Source of the DNA: Roseibacillus sp.
GTDB taxonomy: Bacteria > Verrucomicrobiota > Verrucomicrobiia > Verrucomicrobiales > Akkermansiaceae
Reading direction: 5' to 3'
DNA length: 64,000 nt
Assembly (NCBI GenBank): GCA_051251855.1
Contig: JBPOGI010000001.1
Span: 96,001 to 160,000, forward strand
Made by a program: the position numbers and the translations under genes. This document shows, piece after piece, positions 1 through 8,709 of this stretch. Below the pieces are notes generated by a model that was given only the letters and a program-made list of their open reading frames with translations, ran no database searches and was not told the origin of the DNA. Position 1 is the stretch's first letter, and each line of letters starts with the position of its first letter.

Positions 1-94
1 ACTTTTCTTTGGTTTGGTCAGCGCTGAGTAGGGTGCTGGAGAGAACAAAGGCTGAGGTAGTGAGCGCCAAAGCGCGCGTGGTAGTCGTCTTCAT
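1..94 (-). CDS. 5' fragment of a secreted protein running off the window edge
   Basis: Reverse complement from ATG at 94-92 reads MKTTTTRALALTTSAFVLSSTLLSADQTKEK: basic n-region, hydrophobic h-region and LSA|D cleavage-like site; open to position 1. Confidence 0.6.
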   Translation of the reverse strand, partial: MKTTTTRALALTTSAFVLSSTLLSADQTKEK

Positions 95-354
95 AAGGAT
101 GTTGAACAGAGGTGAAAGAATCGTCGTTCGAGAACAAAGAACGATACTCAACAGCCCAGTTTTGCATAAATCTGCCCAGATAGCGACTGGGTTTTCATCT
201 TCTGGCTCCCCGCCTACGATGCGAACGGTTCATTGTCGTAGTACGTTTTGGCTGCTGGATGAGGGATTTCTTTGTCTTAGAGAGGGCATAGATGAGTGCC
301 TTTCCCGTTGATATGGCGCAAAAAGGTCTGTATGTAGCTATCAGCTGAAAAGTT

Positions 355-975
355 ATGGAAGCTATTCTCAATCGCCCTGTATTGGTTCTCAATCGTCTTT
401 GGCAACCGGTCCAGACGTGTTCGGTCAAACGTGCTTTGAAGTTGCTCTGTCTAGGGCATGCGGAGGTGGTGCAGACGGAGGGGGAGGCGAAGTATCAGAC
501 TCATAATCTCTCGTCTTGGGTCGAGCATTCGATCGAGAACGTGACTCATTTGGCTGAGGAAGTGATTCACTCGGTCCGAGTGGCCCTCGTGGTTCCTAAG
601 ATCATTGTGCTGGCGGCTTACGACCGGATGCCGCGGAATGAGGTGAAGTTCACGCGGCACAATGTCTTTTTAAGAGACCAGTTCACGTGTCAGTATTGCA
701 CCAAGAAGTTCGCGGAAAAGGACCTGAATCTCGATCATGTTTTTCCTCGAGACAAAGGCGGGAAGACGACTTGGGATAATATCGTGACCTCGTGTATTCG
801 TTGCAATACACGAAAGGCAAACAAGCTGCCTCATGAGATTAATATGAAGCTGTTGCGCAAGCCGACAAGGCCGCGCTGGCGACCTCTTTTTGGCAGCAAA
901 ACGGAAGAGACTCCGCATGAAAGTTGGGAGCAGTTCATCCGACCGGATAAAGGGAAGGTGCAGATGGTGAATTGA
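355..975 (+). CDS. HNH endonuclease (McrA-like)
   Basis: VLVLN N-terminus; RDxFTCQYC, DHVFPRDKGG, NIVTSCIRCNTRK: two CxxC pairs plus HNH core. Confidence 0.9.
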   Translation: MEAILNRPVLVLNRLWQPVQTCSVKRALKLLCLGHAEVVQTEGEAKYQTHNLSSWVEHSIENVTHLAEEVIHSVRVALVVPKIIVLAAYDRMPRNEVKFTRHNVFLRDQFTCQYCTKKFAEKDLNLDHVFPRDKGGKTTWDNIVTSCIRCNTRKANKLPHEINMKLLRKPTRPRWRPLFGSKTEETPHESWEQFIRPDKGKVQMVN

Positions 976-984
976 GATACAAGG

Positions 985-1497
985 CTAGCTTTTAAAGATC
1001 AGAAACTTGCGAGCGAAGAAGTTGCCAATGGCAGCGACGAGGGGGAAGCCGAGGTTGGCTATATGGGTATTGAGGGAGAAGGTGCGAATGATGAGGTCGA
1101 GGGAATAAAGAGCCGGGAAGAATCCAATTGCCGAGGCGAGGAAAAAGAGTCCGACTTCGGTTCGGCGCTGATGTCGGCCCGCAGTGAAGACAAAGCGCAC
1201 GTTGAGGAGGTAAGCGAAGGTGTTGGAGACGAAGAAGGCGATACTGTTATTGATCGCCGAGCGTTCGAAACGAAGCTGATCACCCATTGCGGGGTCGAAG
1301 GCGGGATTAATGGTGCGACCGAGAATGTTGACGAGGGTCCAGTGCACGAAGAAGGCGCTGCCACCACAGAGGAGGTATTTGCCAAATTGCTGCGCCCAAG
1401 GGGGAAGGAGGGTGAAGAGTTTTTGAAGGGAGGAGGTCACCTGTCGGAAGATGAGGCTCTGGCTCTTTCTGAACGAGCGAATACGAGATGCTGACAC
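985..1497 (-). CDS. GtrA-family small 4-TM lipid-linked sugar flippase
   Basis: QFGKYLLCGG start, NSIAFFVS..AYLLNVRFVF, and NFFARKFLIFK end typical of GtrA; start codon uncertain. Confidence 0.8.
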   Translation of the reverse strand: MSASRIRSFRKSQSLIFRQVTSSLQKLFTLLPPWAQQFGKYLLCGGSAFFVHWTLVNILGRTINPAFDPAMGDQLRFERSAINNSIAFFVSNTFAYLLNVRFVFTAGRHQRRTEVGLFFLASAIGFFPALYSLDLIIRTFSLNTHIANLGFPLVAAIGNFFARKFLIFKS

Positions 1498-1603
1498 GTG
1501 CGATAGGGAAAGGGGTTTTGGAAAGGGGTTTTCTTTTGAACATGTATCGCAGGGAGATTGCGCGGAGGGAAGAGAACTGAAATAGTGGCCACCGATACCG
1601 ACT

Positions 1604-3256
1604 ATGTTAGCCGTTTTACGAATTCAGAATCTCGCTCTTGTGGACCAACTTGTTTGGGAAGTGGGCAGCGGTTTGGTGGGGGTGACCGGTGAGACCGGCG
1701 CAGGGAAATCGGTGATTGTGGGAGCTCTGAAGCTGGTTTTGGGCGAGCGCGCGGACAAGGGGCTGATTCGCACCGGTGAGTCCGCTTGCACGGTGGAGGC
1801 TGTTTTTGATTTGGCTGATACGGCTGCAATTGATGCGGTACTGGAGGAGGCGGGGCTGGTCGGTTGTGAGGACGGGCAGTTGATCATTCGGCGAGTGGTG
1901 GGAGAGAAAGGAAATCGACAGTTCGTGAATGATTCCCCTGCGACTCTGACTTTACTGAAGAGTTTGGCGGATCGCTTAGTGGACTTGCATGGGCCGGGCG
2001 AGCAGCAGAGTTTGCATTCCATCGAACGTCAGTTGGGGATGCTGGATGCCTATGGTGATTGTGAGAAGGCGTTGCGAGGATATCGCGCGGCGTGGCGGGA
2101 ATTCGTGCAGGCTCGTGAGGGCTATGAAGAGTTGAAGAGCTCTGAGGATGCGGGTGACGCCGAGCTCGAATTGCTTCGTCACAAGCTTTCGGAAATCGAG
2201 AGCGCGGAGATTAAATTGGAGGAAGTGGCAGGCTTGGAAGAGCGCTACCAGCAAGTGTCGAACGGCTCGCGCTTGGCTGAATTGGCGGGAGAGACGCTGG
2301 GGCTCTTGTCAGGTGAAAGTGGAATTCGAGGACGGCTGGGGGAAGTGCAGCGTCTTGGGCGTGAATTGGAACGATATGATGCCGGCAATGAGGAGCGTTT
2401 TTCGGGGCTAGAAGCAGCGGTGGTTGAGCTGGAAGAATTGGAAGGCAGTGTGCGCGATTATCTGGCTGAGCTGGAAATTGATCCTTCGGAAGCGCGAGAA
2501 TTGGAAGAGCGGGTGGACCTTTTAGAAAGTCTCAAGCGCAAGTATGGGCCGACTTTGGAAGAAGTGGTCGCGGTGGGGGCTGCGGCGTCGGCGCGCTTGG
2601 ATGCGATTGAAAATCGGGGGGAGCGTTTGACAGAATATCGGGCGGCGATGGAAGCAGCAGAGGCGAAAGTGACTGAGGCCGGCAAGGAATTGGGCCGGCT
2701 TAGGAAGCGGGGAGCGCCTCGGCTTTCCAAGGAAGTGAAAAGTCACTTGCGTGATCTGGGCTTCAAGCAGGCGGAGTTTGAGGCTGTGCTGCAGAAACGG
2801 AAGACTGCAGGCCCGTTTGGACTGGAGGAAGTCGAGTTTCAGTTTGGCCCCAACCCGGGCGAGCCTCTCAAGCCGCTGCGGAAAGTGGGATCGAGTGGAG
2901 AACTGGCGCGCGTGATGTTGGCGGTAAAGAGTTCGCTCGCCGAAAAGGATCACACGCCTTTGATGGTTTTCGATGAGATTGACGCTAATGTGGGTGGTGA
3001 AGTGGCGGCTGCGGTGGGTCAGAAGATGGCGGGGCTGGGGGAGGCCCATCAGGTCGTGAGTATCACCCACTTTCCTCAAGTTGCGGCGGTGGCAGCGAAT
3101 CATTACGTGGTGGAGAAAGTGGTGGAGAAGGGGCGGAGTTTCTCGCGGTTGCGTGAGGTGAGTGGTAAGGAGCGAGTGCAAGAATTGGTCCGAATGCTGG
3201 GCGGGGGAGGAAAAGAGGCCGCCTCCATGGCTCGCAAGCTACTAGAAAAGCAGTAG
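1604..3256 (+). CDS. recN: DNA repair protein RecN
   Basis: TGETGAGKS Walker A, coiled coil, SSGELARVMLA signature, FDEID Walker B, ITHFPQVAA. Confidence 0.96.
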   Translation: MLAVLRIQNLALVDQLVWEVGSGLVGVTGETGAGKSVIVGALKLVLGERADKGLIRTGESACTVEAVFDLADTAAIDAVLEEAGLVGCEDGQLIIRRVVGEKGNRQFVNDSPATLTLLKSLADRLVDLHGPGEQQSLHSIERQLGMLDAYGDCEKALRGYRAAWREFVQAREGYEELKSSEDAGDAELELLRHKLSEIESAEIKLEEVAGLEERYQQVSNGSRLAELAGETLGLLSGESGIRGRLGEVQRLGRELERYDAGNEERFSGLEAAVVELEELEGSVRDYLAELEIDPSEARELEERVDLLESLKRKYGPTLEEVVAVGAAASARLDAIENRGERLTEYRAAMEAAEAKVTEAGKELGRLRKRGAPRLSKEVKSHLRDLGFKQAEFEAVLQKRKTAGPFGLEEVEFQFGPNPGEPLKPLRKVGSSGELARVMLAVKSSLAEKDHTPLMVFDEIDANVGGEVAAAVGQKMAGLGEAHQVVSITHFPQVAAVAANHYVVEKVVEKGRSFSRLREVSGKERVQELVRMLGGGGKEAASMARKLLEKQ

Positions 3257-3268
3257 ACGAAATTTAAG

Positions 3269-3802
3269 ATGAAGGAATATCGAGTGGCGCGGATAGAGAC
3301 GCAAGAGAAGGCGGTGTGGGGGAAAGACCGTAGTCAGAGTGAAAAGCTGGTGATTGGTCGTCGCGAGTGGATTGGCCTTCCTGAACTTGGTGTCTCGGCA
3401 CTGCATGGAAAGATTGATACCGGAGCTTATCGGTCGAGCCTCCATGCCGAGCAGGTGGAGGAATTTGAGAAGAAGGGAGAGGAGTGGATTCGTTTTGTGA
3501 CTCACTCGCAGGATGGGAGAGAGGTGCGTTGCGAGAGTATCATTGCTTTTCGCAAGCGGGTGAAAAGTTCGACGGGAGAAGCGAAGGAACGGTATTTTCT
3601 TCGGACCAAGTTCCGCACCGCAGGAGGGTTGGAGTGGCCGGTTTTGATGAGTCTCGCCGACCGCTCGGAGATGACTTTTCCGTTGTTGATCGGTCGTCGC
3701 GCTTTGAGCAGTCGCTTTGTGGTGGATACGGCGATGAGTCATGCCTTGGGATCGCAAAGTGATTTGACGGGTAAGCATTGGAAAAAAAAGGGCAAAGAGT
3801 AG
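3269..3802 (+). CDS. RimK-associated putative protease (retropepsin-like 'ATP-dependent Zn protease' family)
   Basis: IGRREW, KIDTGAYRSSLHA, VKSSTG, DRSEMTFPLLIGRRAL motifs. Confidence 0.85.
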   Translation: MKEYRVARIETQEKAVWGKDRSQSEKLVIGRREWIGLPELGVSALHGKIDTGAYRSSLHAEQVEEFEKKGEEWIRFVTHSQDGREVRCESIIAFRKRVKSSTGEAKERYFLRTKFRTAGGLEWPVLMSLADRSEMTFPLLIGRRALSSRFVVDTAMSHALGSQSDLTGKHWKKKGKE

Positions 3803-3877
3803 CCTGACTGGGAGCTTTTTTCGGTAAGCCGAGGCTCGGGCTTGCCTCGGTGGATAGGGCTATTAACGTCTTCTGCA

Positions 3878-6800
3878 ATGTCTTCCGATTCCTTCGTTCA
3901 CCTGCATCTTCATACTGAGTATTCTACGCTGGATGGGGCGATTCGGATTGGTGATTTGGCCAAGCGGGCGGCGGAACTGGGAATGCCCGCGGTGGCAATG
4001 ACTGACCACGGGAATCTCTTTGGTTCCATTAATTTCTGGCTGAAATGTCAGGATGCTGGGGTAAAGCCCATCTTTGGTTGCGAAATCTATCTCGCGCCCT
4101 TTTCTTTGGACGAGAAGAAGGAGGTCCCAGGGCGCAAGCGGGCGACGCACCTGACTTTGTTGGCCGAGAACAATGTTGGTTGGGCAAACTTGACGAAGTT
4201 GGTGACGAAGGGTCATTTGGATGGGCTCTACTATGGAAAACCCCGAGTGGATCGGGAGGTTCTTCGCGAGTTCTCGGAGGGAATTATTTGTTTAAGCGGT
4301 TGTATCAGTGGGCCGGTTAACGAGTGGATTCTCAAGGGAGATGAGGACAAGGCGCGGGAGACTCTCATTGAACTTGAAGAGATTTTTGGGAAGGAGAATT
4401 TCTTTGTGGAGTTGCACGACCATGGTTTGGAAGACCAAGCGACGGTACGACCTGTCTTGGTGAAAATGGCGGAGGAGCGAGGGCTCAAATTGGTGGCCGC
4501 GAACGATGTCCACTTCATGAATCGGGAGGACCATGAGTCGCACGACGTCATGATTTGTATCGGAACAGGCAAGTTGCTCTTCGATTCCGACCGTATGCGC
4601 TATTCGCCTGAGGTTCACTTTAAGACGGCGGAGGAGATGCGCGAGCTCTTTGCTGACTATCCCGGAGCTTGTGATGCGACCCTTGAAATTGCGGAGCGTT
4701 GTAATGTGGAGTTTCATCTGGATGCCACGAGTTCGGAAAAATACCCTCAATTCGGAACGCCCGATGGTTCGCCACGTGAGGAGTATTTTCGAAAAATTTG
4801 TGAGGATGGGATGCGTGAACGCTATGCAGATGGTAGGCTGGAACAATTAAGCGCGCATCTGGAGCACACCCCGGAAGAGATGCAGAAGATTCTCGATGAA
4901 CGCCTTGAATATGAGATTGGAATTATCAATCAGTTGGGATTTGCGAGTTACTTCCTGATTACTGCTGACTTTATCCAGTGGGGGCGGGATCAAGGGATTC
5001 CGGTGGGGCCGGGCCGAGGATCGGCAGCGGGTTCTTTGGTGGCCTACACCCTAGCGATTACGGATATTTGTCCGATGAGATTCGGGCTCCTTTTCGAGCG
5101 ATTCCTGAATCCGGAGCGGGTCAGCCCTCCCGATGTTGATATCGACTTTTGCCAAGGGCGGCGTGTTGAGGTGATTGACTATGTGAGACAGAAATACGGC
5201 GAACGCTGTGTTTCTCACATTATTACTTATGGAACATTAGGTGCAAAGAGTGTTCTGCGAGATATTTCGCGTGTGATGGGGCTAAGCTATGGCGATGGTG
5301 ACCGCTTGGCCAAGATGATTGAAGCCAAACCTGGGGTGAAGCTTCAGGGGGAGTATGATGCCAAGGAGGAATTGCGCGATATGGTTGAGGGCAGTAGCAG
5401 CTACCGCGAGTTGTGGGGGCATGCTCTGAAGTTAGAGGGGTTGACGCGCAACGTGGGAATTCATGCCGCAGGGGTGGTGATCGGGGACCGAGATCTCGAT
5501 GAGCATGTTCCTTTGACTCGAGGCAACGAGGGGGAAGTTGTGACCCAGTATGATATGGGAGCCATTACGGAGGTGGGGCTGCTCAAGATGGATTTTCTTG
5601 GGTTGAAGAACCTGACCGTGATTCAGGATGCGGTGGATCATATTCACAAACACACTCCAGATTTTGATATTCGGACGATATCGTTAGAAGACCAGCTGAC
5701 TTTCGATTTGTTGGATCGCGGTGAGACGATGGGTGTCTTCCAGTTGGAGTCGGGTGGAATGACCGAAACTTGTAAGCGTTATGGGGTGCGCAAGATTGAG
5801 GACATTATTGACCTGCTTGCTCTCTATCGACCGGGGGCAATGCAGTTCATCGATGAGATGATTGAAGTGAAGGAAGGGCGCAAGAAGGTGCACTACGAGC
5901 ACCCGCTGTTAGAGACGATTTGCGGAGATACTTATGGCATCATGATTTATCAGGAGCAGGTCCAGAACGCGGCAAAGATCCTCGCGGGTTATACACTGGG
6001 TGGTGCTGATATTCTACGGCGAGCGATGGGTAAGAAGAAGGCCTCTGAGATGGCGAAGCAGCGAGAGTTATTCGTGAAAGGTGCCAAAGAGGTCAATGAC
6101 ATCGATGCGAAGCTAGCCAACCGGATTTTCGATAAGATTGCGAGCTTCGCGGGTTACGGTTTTAACAAGTCGCACTCGGCTTGCTATGGACATATTTCTT
6201 ATTGGACCGCCTACTTGAAGGCCAATTTTCCGGTGGAGTTTATGGCGGCTTTACTTTCGAACGAAATTAACAATACTGATAAAATTGGGGTTTTTGTGGC
6301 AGAGTGCCACCGGATGGGGATTGAGATTTTGCCACCTGACTTGAATAATTCCCAGCTACGCTTTGCGCCCGAGGAAGCGAATGGTTGTAAGGCAATCCGC
6401 TATGGCCTTGCTGCCATTAAGAACGTGGGGGAGGCGGCGATGGGAAAGGCGATTGCAAGTCGAGAAGAGGAGGGGGCTTTTGAGTCATTAGAAGAGTTTA
6501 CCAACCGTTTGGATTCGAAGATCGTAAATAAGCGTATTCTTGAGAACTTGGCAAAGGCGGGCGCCTTGGATTGGACGGGTGAGACTCGCGCAGGAATGTT
6601 CAGTCGCCTAGAGAAGGTGGTGGCTTCAGCGAGTTCGGCCCAGCGTGATAAGGCGGCCGGACAGGGGGCTCTATTCGATAGTATGGAATTTGTGGGAGCT
6701 CCGGAGCCGGTGGCTGAGGTGGGGGCTGGTCCGGTGGTCGAAGAATGGTCGAAGGAGGAGCGCTTGGAGACAGAAAAAGAGCTGTTGGGCTTCTATGTGA

Positions 6801-7411
6801 CGGGGCATCCGCTCGATAAGTTTCGTGGACTGATTGACTCTGATAAGTTTGAACAACTGGGATTGGTGGATGAGCTGAGTCTGACTGATGAAAGAGGACG
6901 CGTTGACCGTCGCAAGCGCTTTGCATTTGCGGGGATGATTCGAAGTGTTGAGCATCGCACCACAAAAATGGGCAAACCGTTTGGTATTTTGGTGGTTGAG
7001 GACTTTACCGGAAGCCGGGAGTTAATGTGTTGGGCGGAAAGCTACTCGCCAGCGCGCGAGGCGGGGTTGATGGAAGCGGGGCAGATTATCCGATTTAAGG
7101 CTGCCATCAATATTGACGACCGAACCGAGCAAAGGCGTTTGACTGGAAGTGAGTTCAGAGAGTTGAAGCCGGCGAGAGGTAAGGTAGGAGCGAAGAAGAC
7201 GGCGATCGAGCTGCAGGTGCGTGTCGCGAGGAACAGCCGAAAAGATCTCGAACAAATTCGCGATGTCCTAACGCTTCATCCCGGCAAGACCCCTGTTTTC
7301 CTTCATGTTCTCAATGGGGCAGGGAAGCGAGCAACGGTCGAAGTAGGAGAAGAATACTGGGTCAAGAACGGCCCAGAATTGGAAGCCGCCATCGGGCGGT
7401 GGGTGAGTTGA
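3878..7411 (+). CDS. dnaE: DNA polymerase III alpha subunit
   Basis: PHP HLHLHTEYS..DG, TDHG; GRGSAAGS; PDVDIDF catalytic motif; KMDFLGL; YGFNKSH; ATG at 3878 preferred over upstream TTG. Confidence 0.97.
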   Translation: MSSDSFVHLHLHTEYSTLDGAIRIGDLAKRAAELGMPAVAMTDHGNLFGSINFWLKCQDAGVKPIFGCEIYLAPFSLDEKKEVPGRKRATHLTLLAENNVGWANLTKLVTKGHLDGLYYGKPRVDREVLREFSEGIICLSGCISGPVNEWILKGDEDKARETLIELEEIFGKENFFVELHDHGLEDQATVRPVLVKMAEERGLKLVAANDVHFMNREDHESHDVMICIGTGKLLFDSDRMRYSPEVHFKTAEEMRELFADYPGACDATLEIAERCNVEFHLDATSSEKYPQFGTPDGSPREEYFRKICEDGMRERYADGRLEQLSAHLEHTPEEMQKILDERLEYEIGIINQLGFASYFLITADFIQWGRDQGIPVGPGRGSAAGSLVAYTLAITDICPMRFGLLFERFLNPERVSPPDVDIDFCQGRRVEVIDYVRQKYGERCVSHIITYGTLGAKSVLRDISRVMGLSYGDGDRLAKMIEAKPGVKLQGEYDAKEELRDMVEGSSSYRELWGHALKLEGLTRNVGIHAAGVVIGDRDLDEHVPLTRGNEGEVVTQYDMGAITEVGLLKMDFLGLKNLTVIQDAVDHIHKHTPDFDIRTISLEDQLTFDLLDRGETMGVFQLESGGMTETCKRYGVRKIEDIIDLLALYRPGAMQFIDEMIEVKEGRKKVHYEHPLLETICGDTYGIMIYQEQVQNAAKILAGYTLGGADILRRAMGKKKASEMAKQRELFVKGAKEVNDIDAKLANRIFDKIASFAGYGFNKSHSACYGHISYWTAYLKANFPVEFMAALLSNEINNTDKIGVFVAECHRMGIEILPPDLNNSQLRFAPEEANGCKAIRYGLAAIKNVGEAAMGKAIASREEEGAFESLEEFTNRLDSKIVNKRILENLAKAGALDWTGETRAGMFSRLEKVVASASSAQRDKAAGQGALFDSMEFVGAPEPVAEVGAGPVVEEWSKEERLETEKELLGFYVTGHPLDKFRGLIDSDKFEQLGLVDELSLTDERGRVDRRKRFAFAGMIRSVEHRTTKMGKPFGILVVEDFTGSRELMCWAESYSPAREAGLMEAGQIIRFKAAINIDDRTEQRRLTGSEFRELKPARGKVGAKKTAIELQVRVARNSRKDLEQIRDVLTLHPGKTPVFLHVLNGAGKRATVEVGEEYWVKNGPELEAAIGRWVS

Positions 7412-7430
7412 GTTCAAAAAATATTGAACT
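7411..7430. promoter_or_regulatory. Palindromic operator candidate 1 (AGTTCAA-N6-TTGAACT)
   Basis: Perfect 7-bp inverted arms 28 nt upstream of the regulator ATG, overlapping a TTGAAC -35-like hexamer; near-copy at 8530-8549. Confidence 0.6.
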
Positions 7431-7458
7431 TGGTGTCGATTTTGTCATCTTCTTCAGC

Positions 7459-7962
7459 ATGTCCGATACTGTTGCCAACTCTCAGGCCGGTCTTACTGAG
7501 ATGGAAAGCGCGACCATTTCCTATTTTTGTGATGGAGTAAGGGTGCTTGGTTTACCGCCGTCTGTTGGTGAGATCTACGGACTGCTGTTTATCTCGAAAC
7601 AACCGCTTTGCCAGGCGGATTTCGTTGAACGGCTGTCAATTAGTAAGGGCTCGGCAAGTCAGGGTCTAAGCTTGTTAAAAGCTTTAGGTGCTCTCAATGA
7701 GGTCTCTGGTGCGGATTCACGTCGGACATACTTTGAGGCTAACCTCAATCTCAAGCGACTCGTGGGAGGCTTTATTCGCAACCAGATTCGTCCTCATCTG
7801 CGGAGCGGAGAAGCGAAAATGGATGGTCTTCAGGAGATTGCTGAAAGGGAGGCGGATCCAGAGCAACGAGCATTTATGCAAGAGCGCCTTGAAAAGTTAG
7901 AGCGCTGGTCTCAACGAGGACAGAGAGTTTTGCCAATCCTACAACGCTTTTTAGGAGAATGA
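7459..7962 (+). CDS. GbsR/MarR-family transcriptional regulator
   Basis: GLPPSVGEIYGLLFIS..PL....VERLSISKGSASQGL..L...G wHTH, wing DSRRTYFEA; ATG at 7459. Confidence 0.88.
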   Translation: MSDTVANSQAGLTEMESATISYFCDGVRVLGLPPSVGEIYGLLFISKQPLCQADFVERLSISKGSASQGLSLLKALGALNEVSGADSRRTYFEANLNLKRLVGGFIRNQIRPHLRSGEAKMDGLQEIAEREADPEQRAFMQERLEKLERWSQRGQRVLPILQRFLGE

Positions 7963-8522
7963 CTTCTGCTCTTGGTGAGAATGAAGATGACCCTGCGCCA
8001 AAGTGGTATTGCCTTCGCACTCAGACGAAGAGGGAGCACATCGCGGCTGCAACGGTGAAGCATCATTTTCGAGGGGAGATCGACGTTTTTTGTCCTCGCG
8101 TTAAATTCAAGAAGCCAACCCGTCGTGGGGTAATTTGGTGGGTTGAGCCTCTCTTTCCTGGTTATTTTTTGGCCAAGTTCGATGTGCCTTTGCATCTTCG
8201 AGATCTCCTACACCTCAACGGAATCAGCGGCGTGGTGCAGTTCGGGAACAACTTGCCAGAGGTTCCAGAGACTTTTGTTGACGAGTTGAGGGAAGACTTC
8301 GCGTTCGACGAACAAGATCAAGGTGTTCTGACGATTGAGCGTAAGCTTGGAATAGGGGATGAGGTCGAACTGGTTGATGGCGCTTTTCGTGGAGTAGGAG
8401 GGGTCATCTTGGAGGTGCTACCATCCTCTGAGAGGGTTAAAGTATTACTCGAACTGATGGGAGAGACTCGGCCCGTTGAGATTGATATTTACTCCCTCCT
8501 AGTAAGGGAACGGGCGAGCTAA
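7959..8522 (+). CDS. RfaH-like NusG-paralog transcription antiterminator
   Basis: WYCLRT, EPLFPGY, GISGVVQFG NGN domain; KOW GDEVELVDGAFRG, RVKVLLELMG; directly upstream of a long glycan operon. Confidence 0.9.
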   Translation: MTSALGENEDDPAPKWYCLRTQTKREHIAAATVKHHFRGEIDVFCPRVKFKKPTRRGVIWWVEPLFPGYFLAKFDVPLHLRDLLHLNGISGVVQFGNNLPEVPETFVDELREDFAFDEQDQGVLTIERKLGIGDEVELVDGAFRGVGGVILEVLPSSERVKVLLELMGETRPVEIDIYSLLVRERAS

Positions 8523-8529
8523 TTATTAA

Positions 8530-8549
8530 GGTTCATTTTTTATTGAACT
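8530..8549. promoter_or_regulatory. Palindromic operator candidate 2 (GGTTCATTTTTTATTGAACT)
   Basis: Same GTTCA-N8-TGAAC geometry and identical right half TATTGAACTT as the 7411 site. Confidence 0.55.
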
Positions 8550-8623
8550 TTCGGCTGGAATTTCATTTATGGGTGCTGTGCTGCTCAATGAGCCAAGCAA
8601 AATCATGGTTTCTCTTTCAAAGA

Positions 8624-8652
8624 TTGACCAATGGCGGACGCTTGTGTAAAAT
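8624..8652 (+). promoter_or_regulatory. Sigma70-type promoter for the glycan operon
   Basis: TTGACC (8624-8629), 17-nt spacer, TAAAAT (8647-8652), 57 nt upstream of the ATG at 8710. Confidence 0.65.
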
Positions 8653-8709
8653 AAGAGTCTGCTGAATGTTCAAATTTAAAAAATTTCAGTTTACCCCAGA
8701 AGATAAGTA

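Noticed and set aside
95..354. Several hairpins and a weak minus-strand GG-N10-GC sigma54-like site in the divergent spacer before the HNH gene
   Set aside because: No tRNA or riboswitch signature recognised; the sigma54 match is poor outside GG/GC
355..975. HNH gene as a homing endonuclease or defence system
   Set aside because: Stand-alone widespread type; no intron, intein, methyltransferase or other partner nearby
4820..4895. Short extra segment in DnaE as a possible intein
   Set aside because: Only about 20 aa, with no Cys/Ser...His-Asn splice motifs
7411..8550. The two palindromes as ends of an invertible or mobile segment
   Set aside because: Each is self-palindromic with a differing spacer and no recombinase is in the window; an operator role is simpler
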